Program-made: the position numbers and the translations under genes
Notes under the pieces: model-generated
What the model was told of the DNA's origin: nothing
The model's database searches: none
The model's input: the letters and a program-made list of their open reading frames with translations, nothing else
In this document: one piece after another, positions 37,557 to 52,029 of the stretch
How positions within the stretch are numbered: position 1 is the first letter of the stretch
Layout of the letters: each line of letters starts with the position of its first letter
Source: Tricharina praecox
Taxonomy: Eukaryota
Direction of reading: 5' to 3'
Assembly (NCBI RefSeq): GCF_024521635.1
Contig: NW_026250403.1
Span: 2,666,001-2,730,000 of the forward strand
DNA: 64,000 nt

Positions 37557-38077
37557 TTTGGAACCCACTTTTTTGTAGATTTCGTTTTCATTTTCTTTCG
37601 GTCAACTAACGGTGTTTGATTTCCGGGCTCATTTTTATATCTGTTTGATAGTCTTGGATGAAGGTTCCAAAACGTTCCTGGTACAAAGGTAGATTGGTGG
37701 GAAGGCTGGCTGGGCCCCTTGTGTTTTATATCGCGGCGTTGTGGGCGGAATTTGATTCGGTGTGGGGATTTGTTTGGATAAAATTTGAAACTTGCGCCGC
37801 AAAATAGTGAAACCCTTTTTTCTGTCTGTTGAAACTTGCGCCAGGAAATAGTGAAACGCTTTTTCTCTCCATGTGACGGATGCCCGATGATGAGGGCATG
37901 TGATAAGTGTTGGCAATTATTGCCCATGGATGGTCGTTGCTGCCCAAACGCAGCCGAGTTACGGTCCATGAGTATCTTAGTAATCCGTCATCCCAGCTAA
38001 CTCTCATAGGTAGAGCTGCCAGTTCCGCGGCACCAGCTTCCACCTCACCCACAACGACCACCACCGAAAACACCACA

Positions 38078-38969
38078 ATGCCCAAAGCACTTCGATTCAA
38101 AGGCGACAAGAAGCCCAAAAGGCGGAAGCGCGTCGCCGCAGAAGGCGCCGACTCGGGCGACGACACAGGCATGAACAAGCCCTCGACCGCGCTGAGCAAG
38201 AAAGCGTACGACTCCGACGACGAGGGCTGGATCGATTCGGAAGCATTAGGTAGCTACCTCCCTCCTCTCCCCCTTCTCTCCCTACGGTGTTATACGGGAG
38301 TTCTGACGCATACCAGAGGACTTCACGGGCCCCCTCCTCTTCTGCATCGCGACGACACCACCCAGCGCGCTCTCCTCAGACGCGACGGGTGCGGTCTTCG
38401 GCTCCGCGCTATCCGAGATCGAAGGCGAGAACCTGTCGACCGCCGAACCCGCGCAAGTACAGCAGGTGTGGGTGTGCGCCAAGATCTACGGCAGCACAAC
38501 GCCCAAGTACTCGTTACGCGCGCACACGGGGAAATACCTTGGCTGCGACGCGCATGGCGTTCTGTCGGCTACCAGGGAAGCTATCTCGGCGGAGGAGGAG
38601 TGGGTTCCTATCCCGCAGCCCGGGAGTGGGCGCTGGGCGTGGCAGACTGTTAGGGGCGGCTTCATAGGCGTCGAGGAGAAGGAGGGGAAGGGGACTGTTG
38701 TTAGGGGGGATCGGGAGGATGTGGGGTTTAGGGAGACGTGGACGGTGAGACTGCAGAAGAGGAATAAGGTGAAGGTGAAGGCTGGCGGAGGGGATGCGGG
38801 GAAGATTAAAGACCGCGTGACTAAGAAGGAGCTGGAGGAGCTGGTGGGGGTGAGTTTGGATGATGAGCAGGTCAAGAAGCTGAGAAAGGCGAGGAAGGAG
38901 GGCGGGTTCCATGAGGCACTGCTAGATATCAGGGTCAAGCATGGCAAGCATGATAAATTTGCGTATTAG
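38078..38969 (+). CDS. frg1: FRG1-like actin-bundling/spliceosome-associated protein (2 exons)
   Basis: MPKALRFKGDKKPKRRKR, EPAQVQQVW, GKYLGCDAHGVLSATREAISAEE and GGFHEALLDIRVK..DKF. Intron at ~38249-38317. Confidence 0.88.
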
Positions 38970-39377
38970 CTATGGCGGGAGGACGCCTGGCATTGAATGT
39001 AAAATAATGAACGAACGAACGAAGAGCAGCAGATCCCTCTGGAGTATATCATTTCGTAGATATACACTCAACTAGTCCTTCCTGTAGATTGATCTATTGA
39101 AAGATTGGTTTCTGGCCGAAATGAAACGGAATAAGTGCTCAAAGTAAATGAAGTCGACAAAAAACAAGAAAAAAATAAAGCCAGCCAGAAGCCAATGAAA
39201 ACCCGCCCCACGCTTGAACCCTTTTTATGAGCACAGCGTTTTTTCCCACACCTAGCAACGCAATGTCCCTGCCCAAAAGAATCATACAGAGCCGTCGAAC
39301 CCTCGTAAATCCATTCCTCCACCCAACGGCATTAAACAATCCAACCAACACCAAGATTACAAATGAAAAGTACACGC

Positions 39378-41655
39378 TTAGTACACACGCTTGAACGGAG
39401 GCACGGCCTTGCACTCATTCTCGTCAAGGGTGTTAGCCTGCACAGCACGGTATCCCAACTTGACCTCTCCATGGGGCTTCTTCTGCCATGAGAGGGTGTG
39501 CTTCATCCAGTTCTCGTCGTCACGGTCGGGGTAGTCCTCGCGGGCGTGTGCTCCACGAGATTCCTTACGGGCGGAGGCAGATGTGGCGGTCTGAGTGGCG
39601 CAGGTCAACAGGTTACCGAGCTCGAGAGCCTCTACCAAGTCAGAGTTCCAGATCATGCTGCGGTCCTTGATTCCGATATCGCCGTAAGTCTGATCCACCT
39701 TGATGATCTTCTCAACACCCTCGTCGAGCGACTCCTGAGTACGGAAGACAGAGACATCAGTCTGCATAGTCTTCTGCATAGCCAGACGGATCTCAGCGGT
39801 GCTCTTGGGCCCAGAAGCGTTGCGGATCTTGTCGAGGTGAGCGATCGACTCGGCACCGATGTCAGCGCTGGCTGCCGGGAGGGGTGTGCCGGGGGTAAGA
39901 GTGTCGCGGATGGTGTGGGCGACGGCACGCCCGAAGACGACCAGATCCAGAAGAGAGTTGGCTCCGAGACGGTTGGCACCGTGGACAGACACACAAGCGG
40001 CTTCACCGGCAGCGAAGAGTCCGGGAACAACCTGGTCGTTTCCGTTCTCGTCGACAGTGAGAACCTCTCCAGTGTAACGAGTGGGGATGCCACCCATGTT
40101 GTAGTGGACAGTCGGCAGAACAGGGATAGGAGACTTGGTGACATCAACTCCAGAGAAGATAGAGGCGGTTTCCGAAATACCGGGCAGACGCTCGTGGAGA
40201 ACCTCAGCTGGCAAGTGCGACAGCTGCAGGTAGATGTGGTCCTTGTCGGCACCGACACCACGGCCCTCACGGATCTCCAAAGTCATGGAACGCGAGACGA
40301 CGTCACGGGAAGCAAGATCTTTAGCGGTAGGAGCGTAACGCTCCATGAACCGTTCTCCCTCAGAGTTGAGCAGGTATCCACCCTCTCCACGGGCACCCTC
40401 AGTGATCAAGCATCCAGCACCGTAAATACCGGTAGGGTGGAACTGAACGAATTCCAAATCCTGGTTGGGGAGACCGGCACGAGCGACCATGGCCATACCG
40501 TCACCGGTACAGGTGTGGGCCGAAGTGCAGGAGAAGTAGGCTCGTCCGTATCCTCCGGTAGCAAGAACGGTCTTGTGGGCGCGGAAACGGTGAAGGGTAC
40601 CATCTTCCTGGTTGTAAGCGATCACACCCTTGCAAACACCGTCCTCCATCAGCAGGTCCATGACGAAGAACTCAATGAAGTAGTTGGTGTTGTGGCGTAG
40701 CGATTGACCGTAGAGGGTGTGGAGAAGCGCGTGTCCAGTTCGGTCAGCGGCAGCACAGCACCTGTAGGCCTGTCCACCCTTTCCGAAGTTCTGCGATTGA
40801 CCACCAAACGCCCGCTGGTAGATCTTGCCGTCCTCCGTTCGCGACTAGTTTCAATGTCAGCCCAAGAATCCCACACATATTGTCCGGTGACTTACGAAAG
40901 GACAACCGTAGTTTTCCAACTCAATGATCGACGCCGGCGCCTCACGGGTCATGTAGTGAATAGCGTCCTGGTCACCGAGCCAGTCCGAACCTTTCACAGT
41001 GTCGTACATGTGCCACCGCCAGTTGTCCTCGTGCATGTTTCCGAGCGCAGCATTGATACCACCCTGAGCAGCAACGGTGTGCGAACGAGTCGGGAAGAGC
41101 TTGGAAATACAAGCAGTGTTGAAACCAGCCTCGGCCAAACCGAAAGCCGCGCGCAGACCTGCACCTCCGGCTCCGACAACGATGGCATCGTACTCATGGT
41201 CCTGTTGTAAAGCCAGTCAGCGGAAGCTTGTGAGAGAGGGACCAATTGTGCTGGGTTGCCGTACAATGACGGGGTATTTGTTGGAAACATGAGAAGTTGC
41301 CTCCTTTGCTCGCAGGCTATTTGTAGGAGCCCATATCTTCGCTGCAGCACCGGAGAATCATGTCAGCGATCATTACTGAGAGCAAAGCGATGACCACCGA
41401 AAGATACGCACCAGCAGGTTTTGTTGAGTGAAATGATCGCACCGACACTCTCAGAGCGGGGGAAATCTATAGCGCATCGTATTAGCCCCGCCATTCACTT
41501 CTTGCTTGCGCCTTGTCAACCGCCATCATCGCCGAGAAACATTGTGTTTCTCCGTTCTCCCCTCCTTCTCGGCGCCTAGCGGGGTTCTTCGGACGTATGG
41601 GGAAAGCACTCACGCGAGACGACGAGACAAGTCTCCGCAGGGCAAACGAAGACAT
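39378..41655 (-). CDS. SDH1: succinate dehydrogenase flavoprotein subunit
   Basis: Mitochondrial presequence [29 protein letters not shown]-histidyl motif [31 protein letters not shown] and [14 protein letters not shown]. Confidence 0.97.
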
Positions 41656-42345
41656 GGTGGATCAAAATGCTTGGATTCGGTTGCGACAGAACCCGGTATG
41701 GTGGAATGGCGGGAGGGTGAGATGTAGAGAAGTGGCGCGGAGTGGAGAGGGAGTTGAGTCTGGTGGGTTGAAGTTGTCTCTTGGTGTGGGCGGGAGAAGG
41801 CGGAGGCGGAGGTAGCCAAAAGCCCAATAGCAGGTGTCTCGAAGCCTCCGATTGCCGAGGATGACCGCAAGCAGCAAAGCACAAATCCATGCGCCTACCG
41901 GGAAAACCATACCAAGCCGCATGACTAACCCGAGTCCGCCAATCACGGCTTCTACTTTACAGAGCCGTCTGACAGTTTCTCCGAGGTCAATTCCGTCAAC
42001 GGAACATGGGTAATCAACCAGAGTGACCAGGGCTGGATATAATGATTCACCATCCGAATCGCGGCTCTCGATTTACACACGCCGACACGATGCCAGTCAA
42101 TACATCACTCTCGCCGGCATCTACGGCTGTTGAGATTAGTAACTTTGTATAACGAAGAAACGAAAAATTGGAGAGATTGAAAGATTCACATGACACAACG
42201 GTAAAGCCAAGCAAGCATCCAGATTCCAGACACGAGAATCAACGTTGATCGGGACAAAGCAATTATTTCCACATCTTCTACTGTAACCAGGTAATTTACA
42301 CAACCCAATAGTATCCGACCAGTCCCTACGCAGCAAGAATCCCAC

Positions 42346-43983
42346 CTAATTGTACTGCATGTACCTTGCGGTAGAGCTGAACTTGAGGTTGCCCTTGATG
42401 ACCTTCTCAACAGCTGCAAGGAAGTCCTTCTCATTCGCCACCTTTCGTCGCGCGCGAATGGCAAACATACCTATAGATCAGTTAGTGATGATTCATGAAT
42501 ACGGCTGAAATACATAAAACGTACCGGCTTCCGTGCAGACACTCCTCAGCTCGGCACCTGTGCTGTTCGGGCACAGACGCGAAATCAACTCCCATCGAAT
42601 GTCCCTCTCCACGCTCATGCTCTTGGCGTGGATTCTCAACACGTTCGCCCTACCCTCCAGATCCGGCAAACTGAACTCGACCTTTCGGTCAATACGTCCA
42701 GGTCGGAGCAGGGCAGGATCCAGGGTGCTGGGTCTGTTGGTAGCAAACATGACCTTAATGTTTCCTCGTGGGTCGAAACCGTCCAATTGTGTGATGAGCT
42801 CCAACATGGTTCGCTGAACCTCGTTGTCACCTCCAGCACCGTCGTCGAAACGGGCACCTCCAATAGCGTCGATCTCATCGAAGAAGATGATACACGCCTT
42901 CTTCGTGCGGGCCATCTCGAACAACTCACGAACCATGCGGGCACCTTCTCCGACATACTTCTGGACAAGCTCGGAACCGATAACACGGATGAAGGTGGCA
43001 TCGGTACGGTTGGCGACGGCACGAGCGCACAGGGTCTTTCCCGTTCCAGGAGGTCCGTACAACAGAATACCCTTTGGCGGATCGATACCAAGGTTCACAA
43101 ATCGTTCCGGCGAGAGAAGAGGCAGCTCGACAACCTCACGAAGCTTCTCAATCTGCTCTTTGCAACCACCGACATCTCCGTACGTAACATCGGGCTTCTC
43201 TTCGACCGTCATCATCGTGACCGAGGGATCGATTCTAGGCGGTAGAGGTAGGAGGATCTGGTACTTTTGGCGGTCGACTCTGTAACATCCACAGCTGTCA
43301 GCGACTACTTCTCGAGTGATCCCAAGACCTTTTCGGAGTACTCACCCTACTCGCATACCCTCCTCGATATCCGTTGGCGAAACACGCTCTCCAAGGTTCA
43401 CGACAAACTTGGCGATCTGCTTGACATTGATGACATATTTCGCCTTCTCTGGATCGTCTGCGCTTTGGATGATCTTGGTGCATCGGGCGACCTGCAGCGG
43501 CTGCTCCTCCTGCATCCTCTGCTTATCGGCGGCGATGTCCCACAGATGTGGCGGTGCTAGGCCTGTATCTGATTCCTATCACGGGTGTCAACAGTTATGC
43601 CGCAAGCACAGCGCGAAATGATTGTTGAATACCTTGACACCTATATAATGTTAGCATCGACAAGGAAACGTACATCCACGGGGGTCATACCAATCTTCTC
43701 GTTCACCCTCTGCTGAACATCCTTGAGCTCCTTCTCCAATCCCTTGATCTTAGCAGCGTATGGAGCTGCACCGTAGGTCTTGAGAACTTGGATATCACTG
43801 TCGCGAAACCAGTCGTCAGTCACACATTTCATCTCAAGCTTCCATCTAAATCTGCCTGTCGACAGATACACCGATATAGAAAACATACTCTTCGGATAGC
43901 GGTACAATCTTCTTTTCTTCCTCTTCGTCGTCGGCGAACTTCTTCTGGTACTTCTCCCAGTTTTGACCCGTGGCGCTAGGCAT
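42346..43983 (-). CDS. RPT1: 26S proteasome regulatory AAA-ATPase Rpt1 (subunit 7)
   Basis: N-terminus [50 protein letters not shown], and C-terminus [12 protein letters not shown]. Confidence 0.97.
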
Positions 43984-44828
43984 GATGGCGGCCCTGTAAG
44001 GGAAGTATCGACGGAGAGTGGTTGTTTATTGGTAAGGTGATGCGAGCGGGTAGTGCTGCAGTTCGTAAGAGGAACACCGGAGTCTTAACGGATGGGGTGT
44101 AGATGGATGTTGATGAAGGGTTGGGTGCTCGAGAGCTCGCTCGTTGCTTGCCAAAAGTGGCGGATGGTGAGCTACTGGGTTGCATGACGCCGCCGCAGAG
44201 CCGCATTCAGAAAACAACGCAGGCTGTCAGAATACCAAGTCACATGCGCTCCACGAGTGATAATTCGATTGATTGATAACTCATACAGCTTGGAACCCTA
44301 AGGTTATGGCTGGTAGAGGTGGAGATATCTACAATACTGCATTTGGCAAAGATATTCCGCCATCAAGCCCCCAGAAACAGAAATGACAGTCCAAATACCT
44401 GTAGCCTCGCAATTTTTGAGAATGAGCCTCCGAAGAGGCTCGAGTTGTCAGTTGTGCGCTGTAGCGGCGCATCGTAGCCTCCCTCTTCTCCAAAACACCC
44501 TACTTGGTACTACCCTTAACATAACTCGTCTAGCGCACACGGCATGGTGCTCGAAGGGAATCGGCGTCTGGGGGTTTGCGTAGCTGTCAAGGCCGGGTCC
44601 CAATGAATAGTAGCGGAACGTAATTGGATCGAAGGCGGGGTTGGCTCGCGAGTGATAGTTCGCAACATAGAAAGATGACGTCTACGAGCCGTATGAAGAG
44701 TTATGTACTTGTTCGGGCTGTCTAGAATGGAGGTATTGCTACGAATTGCTTGACGATCGGAAGAGATTATATACACTCCATCCATGGAAACCTTCCGATA
44801 GGAGGGTTCTTGCCCCGCCGTAGGTCGA

Positions 44829-45599
44829 TTACTCTGCTGCCGCCTTGACCGTATAGTCAGCCACAGCCCCGATATCACGCCGGGCACACAGAGCGATAAG
44901 GTAGCCTACCGGGAGAGCCCTAGGGCCACCAAGAGCCTTCTCCAACCCAGCATGGGGAAAGGTCCTGGGAACAGCGGGCTTGTCGGGGTAAAACATGTAG
45001 ACGACGCCCATGAACGAGAACACGGTCGCAACGAAGACTCCGATCTGCAAAGCTCCCTTTCCGGGGGTGACCCAGGTGTACTCCTCGGGAGAGAAACGAC
45101 CCAAGATATCGTTATCCTCGTGAAGCTATGGAACTCCGTTAGATGTGTCCGGCATCGCTACGCAAGCAATCAGATGTGGCTGTGGAGCGTACCGGCTCTC
45201 CGTAGTTGCGGCGCTCCTGCTTGTCCCACCAGTCGGCGTATGGGTCCCTGAACTGGCGCTTCTCGGGAGGAGGGTTGACGTATCCTCCATTCTGCCCGCC
45301 CAGTTAGCTACTGGGCAAGTCGTCAATGTCGTACATTCTCCGGGTGCACCAACCATTCCAGGGTCAACCGTATCGTCGAAGCTCGGGTAGTAGACCGGGT
45401 CCATAGGCTCGGTGGTAGGTTTTCTGGGGAAGCCGACGATGAACGAGCGAGAGGCAGTGGTGGAGACGGGGATGACGCGGGCTTGTCGGACAAGCGGCCG
45501 TGCCGAAGCGACCAGTCGTTGGGCGAACATCTGTGGGGCGGCACGTCAGAGATCCGACGTACCGGATAGCTATTGCATCAACGGGAAGGAGAGTACCAT
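44829..45599 (-). CDS. NDUFB8: NADH:ubiquinone oxidoreductase subunit NDUFB8 (ASHI)
   Basis: Presequence MFAQRLVASARP, DPGMNGGY..P, RDPYADWWDKQERRNYGEP, EDNDILGRFSPEEY and YPDKPAVPRTFP. The start is either an ATG-only first exon (45599-45597) or the ATG at 45530. Confidence 0.9.
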
Positions 45600-45992
45600 G
45601 TGAATAGAGTTCGGGGAGTTACTGTTTCGTTGGTGGTGTTTGGGCGATAGTTATGTTATCGTCGTCGTTCTTTCGGCTAGTTGGGTGGAGGTGAGCCTAC
45701 TGCACTCATCCAAAGTCTTGGTTTTTCTCGAATCGGTTGGACGACGCAGAGCCATCCATCCTGGAAAGTGTGAGGCAACCGAACCCATCAGCAAATCCTC
45801 TCCTCCGACCGAGAATTCACCGCCCCTCGCAATAACTCCACAACCACTCCCGCCGCCAACCTCAAATTCCGTGTGCAGAGCCCTTGACAGCAGGGCTTTC
45901 TCTCGCTACCAAATTCTCCCATGTTGCCTTAGATTTCGTCCGACAAGCACGACTGCTAACCAAGAGCCCGCCCTTCACTGTCAGCTGTGGGG

Positions 45993-48900
45993 ATGCGAGC
46001 CACGCGGAGACATTCCGGAGAGTCCGGCTCACAAGGTAATCAAGTTTGTTCGATGCGTCTTCTCTCTCTGCGATGCTAATTCGCTTTTTTTCGTGTTTGC
46101 AGAAAATGGACACACTACACCCGAGTTGAGTGATGTTTTGTCGGACGCGCCCGTGACAACAAGCGACGCCAAAAAGTCATCCAAGAAAAGAAAGCTTGAC
46201 GACTCGCCACCATGGAAGAGCGCAACGACTCAGACCCCGACGGCATTCATCATCGACGGTCGACGCAAATCTGGACGAACCAATCCAATACCACCCGAAT
46301 TCCTGGCGCATCCTACTCCCACGCGTGACAGGAGGACTTCGCAGAGACACGCCGTCTCCCAACCGCCCAATGACGTGTCTTCTTTTCGATCAGCCTCTCG
46401 TTCCGCTACCAAAGCCCCAAGCAGATCGCAGACGAACAGAAAAGCCCGACAACAATCTCCAACCCGTGCGTCGGGCCGTCAGAACAGAACACCGACCAAG
46501 CCATCCGGAGCGGCCAGCGCTCCACGCCCAAATTCTACGAAGAAATTGGCTCCTCCATCAGCGCGCACGGCGTCGAAAACAACACCGACTAAAGCCCAGT
46601 CTTCGAGAGCCAGACCCAGCCCAGCTATTGGCACCAGGAAAAGCGCTCGCGCTCTGAAGAAGGCTGTGGCTGCCGCTGAAGAGGAACTTGCAGGCTCAAA
46701 ACGTCGCCACGACAACGATGGTTTTGCCAATGGCTTCTCAGATGGCGGATCCAGCTTCGACTCTGATGGGGAATTCGATCTGAGCCCTGGTTTCAAGGTT
46801 CCGAAAGTAAAATTGAAGCTGAAGTTTGGCGCACCAAAACCTGTGATTACGCATCCGTCTCAGCTCCCTCCAACTAAGCCATTTGGATCTTTCGAAGAAT
46901 TCCTGCAGCAGGATGAATTGGAACACAACCCGGCACTGCTACAGGGGGCGGAGGAAAAGGCGCGAGAAGAAGCAGAGCTTCGGAACAGGATAGACTACGA
47001 AGCGCGCTTTGGTGTACTTACGCTCGAGAATTGTTCCCTGTTTGTGCCGGAAAAGCAATTGGAACCGGCCCGACAGTATGGACATCAGGATCACCTCGCG
47101 GCGCACGCCCTCAATTTTCGCAAGTTAATGATCAAGGAACGTAAGGAGCATCAGGAACTCATGCGCAAGCGGAACGTAGCACTCATGGCGGAAATCAAGA
47201 GGAGAAGGCCGAGGACGAGGGAGGAGATTGAGCAGGAGCAGTACATAGAAAATCGAAAACAGTACAAAGAACAAATTGCTCAATTGCGGAGGAAGTGGGA
47301 TGAGGTTACGAAGGCAAGTGACACATTTTCATGCTGCCAGTCCATTCCACGAACATCCAACTAATACATACGGCAGGAGGTTGACAAACGGAGAATCCAA
47401 CGCGCCGAGGAAGAACGGCGTCAAGCAGGCAAAGAACATCTGAAGAAAATGCTACAGCATTCTACACAACTACTTGACGCTCGTCGTGTTGACCGACCAG
47501 GGTCAGTTGCCTCGCTGTCGGAGTTAGGTGCTGGGGAGGAAATGGTGTCTGGGGAGGAAGAAGAAGAGGAGGATGAAGCTGATTTTGAGGGCGATGCCGA
47601 TGACAATCATGATATTATCGACGAAGATAACATGTCGACATCAGAATCAGAACATGAGTCAGTGGATCAGGACGACGATGCGAATCTCACGGTTGAACAA
47701 CTAAAGGCGAAATATGCGGCAATCGGAAACTCAATTTCGGTACATAAACTATCGGACGACTTGGGCGATGTAGACATTATGGACGTTGATGTTGATGAGA
47801 TACCCTACTCGGATCAAGAGACGATGTCGGACGCCGATATGCTTGACGAGCGACCAGAAGAGCCGGGTACTCTAAATGGTGTAAATGGTGTCGAAGGGGC
47901 AGCCGATTCGGGTGACATTGCGATAGAAGATGTCGATGATATACTTCTTGATGATAGCGATGAGTCGACCGATATGGAAGATGAGGAAGAGAGTAATGAC
48001 AGCATGAGTGGAGATGATGATGACGATGATGAGGATGGTGTCGATTCCGGGCTGTTGGGATTCTACAAAATGCGAGCCGGCCCAGGACCGCAGGACGACG
48101 CATCCAATGAAGAAGTCGAACTAATTGGAATTACCGATGGACCCGAGGAGGCAGTGGAAGAAGTGCCCGAAGTGGCGGCCAAAGAGGAGCCTGGGGACGA
48201 ACCTCGTGTGGTGGAACTAGAGGATGACGGGATCACGCCAAAGCCAGTCGAGGAGGTGCCTGCAGTCGAGGCTAAATGTCTTTCTGTAGACGCAGAGACC
48301 ACAGTACCTCCATCACCGGCAGACGCGAAAGACAGTGCGCTTCAGTCATCACCAACTACATCTCCCGAGGAAACACCCCCACCGCACCCAGTGGTGAAGA
48401 CCCCTATTCCCTTTCTACTCAGAGGCACCCTTCGCGAATACCAGCACTATGGACTGGACTGGTTGGTGGGTCTGTACGAAGGCCATACAAATGGAATATT
48501 GGCCGATGAGATGGGACTTGGGTATGTTCTGGCCACTAAACCATTATTACCGGTGGATACTAATGCACATATATTAGGAAAACAATCCAAACCATTGCTT
48601 TGATCGCTCATCTTGCGTGTGAAAAGGGCATCTGGGGACCTCATCTCATTGTTGTCCCGACCAGTGTCATGCTCAACTGGGAGATGGAGTTCAAGAAATG
48701 GGCACCAGGTTTCAAAATTCTCACCTACTACGGGAGCCGGGAACAGCGCGCCGAGAAAAGGAAAGGTTGGTTCGACAATAACCTGTGGCACGTTTGTATC
48801 ACATCTTATCAGCTCGTACTTCAGGACCAGGTCACCTTTAAACGGCGAAACTGGCACTACCTGATCCTAGATGAAGCTCATAATATCAAGAACTTCCGTT

Positions 48901-51140
48901 CCCAGCGATGGCAAACGCTTCTGAACTTCAAATCGCAGGCTCGTTTGCTGTTGACGGGTACCCCGCTGCAAAACAACCTCATTGAGCTGTGGTCCCTACT
49001 GTACTTCCTCATGCCGTCTGGCACATCCAGCTTGCCCGCAGGATTCGCCAATTTGAACGAGTTTCAGGAATGGTTCGCACACCCGGTAGAGCAGTTGATG
49101 GAGGGCGGTCGTGAAGGGATGGATGCCGAAGCGAAGAACACGGTCACCAAACTCCACAAGGTTCTGCGTCCATACCTATTGAGACGACTCAAGGCAGACG
49201 TGGAAAAGCAAATGCCCGGGAAATACGAGCACATCATTTACTGTCGGCTTTCGAAACGCCAGAGATACCTGTACGACGACTTCATGTCCATGGCAAAGAC
49301 GAGGGAAACATTGGCCTCCGGCAATTACCTTTCCATCATCAACTGCCTTATGCAGCTCCGCAAGGTCTGCAACCATCCAGATCTTTTCGAAACTAGGCAG
49401 ATTGTCACGTCTTTTGCGATGCAGAAGTCCGTGGTTGCAGACTACGAGACCAAGGAGCTGCTGGTACGGCGGCGACTGCTGCCGGAAGATCCATTCGATC
49501 CCTCCTTCGGCACGGACTTCTTGGAGTTTGTTGGTCTGGTGCCCGCGAAGATCAATCGGTTCACGAAGCAGCATTCCAACAAGATTCAGATCCTTTCCGC
49601 TACTGATCTCTTGCGGCACTACTACGAAGAGAAGGCCGCCTCCATCGAACCCGCCGAGCCGGACTTTTCAACCATTCAGGGTAATGCACGGTACATGAGA
49701 TACAAGTCGGAGCTCTCGCATCTCGACAAACTCAAGTCTTGTGTTCGACTCAATCGGATACGAACAGGGTACCAGCCCCTGTGCAGTTACGATCTCATCG
49801 AAGCATGCACTCGAGACATCTCGGTCACACCTGTGAGACCGGAACCAAAGAAACGGGCACAGATAACCGAATGCTTTATGAGTCAGACCGAGATTATCCA
49901 CAAGATGATACCCACCCTCAGCGAGCGAGCGGATTCGTTGGAAACCACAATCATAAAGTTCGGCTGCATCACACCCGCCGTTGTCGCCACGGACATGCCC
50001 CAGATTGCCCTTGGACCTCAAGGGGTCGATGTTGTCCGAGAATGTCAGCAGAAATACCCATCGGATCCGTTCCATCAGCCACGGATACGACTGTCAATTG
50101 CGTTCCCAGATAAACGGTTGTTGCAGTACGATTGCGGTAAACTGCAGCGGCTGGATGGTCTCTTGCGGAAGCTCCAAGCCGGCGGTCATCGCGCCTTGAT
50201 ATTCACCCAGATGACGAAGGTTCTCGACATTCTCGAGCAGTTCCTCAACATTCATGGTCACCGATATCTCCGCCTAGATGGCTCAACCAAGGTGGAGCAG
50301 AGACAAGCACTTACAGACCGATTCAACAACGATAATCGGATATTGGTGTTTATCCTGTCAACCCGTTCCGGCGGATTGGGTATCAACTTGACCGGAGCAG
50401 ACACGGTCATCTTCTACGATCTGGACTGGAACCCCGCCATGGACAAGCAATGTCAGGATCGTTGTCACCGCATCGGACAGACACGGGATGTCCACATCTA
50501 CCGGTTTGTGTCGGAATACACGATCGAGTCCAACATCCTCCGCAAGTCGGACCAGAAGCGAATGTTGGACGACGTTGTCATCCAAGAGGGCGACTTCACC
50601 ACCGACTATTTCAATAAGTTGACGATACGCGACATGCTGGGGGATGAAGTCGTGAATGAACTGGAGGGTGCAGAAGATGCCCCCATCCTTCCCGTTGAAA
50701 ACATGGAGAAGGCGCTCGAAGCTGCCGAAGACGTTGAGGATGTTGCCGCGGCCAAAGTGGCGCAGAGGGAGGTTGTCGATACCGATGTTGCCGACTTTGC
50801 CGAGAGGGGCACGCCCCAAACTCCAGCAGCGACGAGCAAGGAAGCCAGCACTTCCCGCGACGTTTCTGCGCCGGTTGCCACTACCACCGCACCGACGCCG
50901 AGGGAAACGCCAAAAGAAACTCCGGCCGAAACTCCCGCAGAACGGGAGGCGCTTCCAGAGATGGATCTCAACCGCGGAATCGGCCACGACATCTACGGCG
51001 AAGGTTGGGGCCGCGTCGAACGAGAGCCCGAGCACATTGACGATTACATGATACGGCATATGGAATGGGAGCTGATTGATGTTTCCGTGGTCATCCCGGA
51101 TAAAAGCAGGAAGAGGAACAAAAAGGGGAAGAAGTTTTAA
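45993..51140 (+). CDS. SWR1: SWR1 chromatin-remodelling helicase (SNF2 family, split ATPase)
   Basis: HSA-like region, [49 protein letters not shown], long insertion, LQYDCGKLQ and [13 protein letters not shown]. Introns include a GC-AG intron at 47314-47376. Confidence 0.96.
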
Positions 51141-52029
51141 TTCTTATTCATAATCGTGGGTTTCTGTTAGGTTCGGGGTTGGGTTGTGCTCTCTACTCTG
51201 TTTTTTTTCTTTCTCGTCTCTTGCATGCAAGCTCGGAGTGCATTCATTGTGCTATTAGTTTTTCTTTTCTTTTCTTCATTCCGGTGTTCATGATTCTGAA
51301 AAAGCGTGTAGAAGACGAAGTTGAGGCGGAACAGACACACGCAGAAGCGGCTGGAGACTGATACGGTGAATACTCCAGTACCGAGCGTGGATGTGGTCTT
51401 TGGGAATTGTTTCTTTTTTTTTTCTTTTTCGGGTTTCATGGGAGTTAAAGTTCTGGCTTTTTACTGTGTTTTCGGGGGTTCTTCTAGAGAGGGTTCTTTT
51501 TTTCTTCATATATTTGGGCCAGTTTAGTTGTTTGTGATAGTGAAGAGAGGTTCTTAGGATGGCCAACCAGAGAGAGTCTCGGGGGCCGACTCCCGCTCTC
51601 AATTACATCAATAGTCTGGCAGCAGGACCTTCCATACGTTGTAACATGAACATGTGGACTGATGTCTCCCCCGCTCTCAGCACGTGTTGCTGCAGAAGCC
51701 TCCCGAGTCCCAGCAGCCAGTCCCATTGTCTCAAGCTCCAGTAAAGACCCTGCTTCCTCGGCTTCCTGCCGGGGCCGGGTCCCTGTACCATACTTGCTTG
51801 TTGCCATGCAACGTCATTGTCCACTAGCATTTTGCCCGCACGCAGGCTGCTCCAGTAAAGTAGCAAGTATTCCGAGCTCAACCTCAACAGAATACTATCG
51901 GGTAGCATTTCGGCCTCGGGGAAAAAAACACCCCCACAAGCCCGGCGAAATCTGTCCATAAAAACAACATTCCGTTTTTCTCCCCTCACTCATATCGTTC
52001 GCTCGCTCGCTCGACCACACAAAAAAACA

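Noticed and set aside
38967-38996. FRG1 stop in TAG-CTA readthrough-like context
   Set aside because: The extension (xLWREDAWH) has no PTS1 or other recognisable signal.
39498-40700. 400-aa plus-strand ORF
   Set aside because: It is the antisense shadow of the strongly codon-biased SDH1. The same applies to ORFs opposite RPT1, the AKR, dpp5 and the LPMO.
44150-44350. Possible Rpn4/PACE-like motifs upstream of RPT1 (AGTGGCGGA, TTTGGCAAA)
   Set aside because: Neither matches GGTGGCAAA well enough to call without comparative data.
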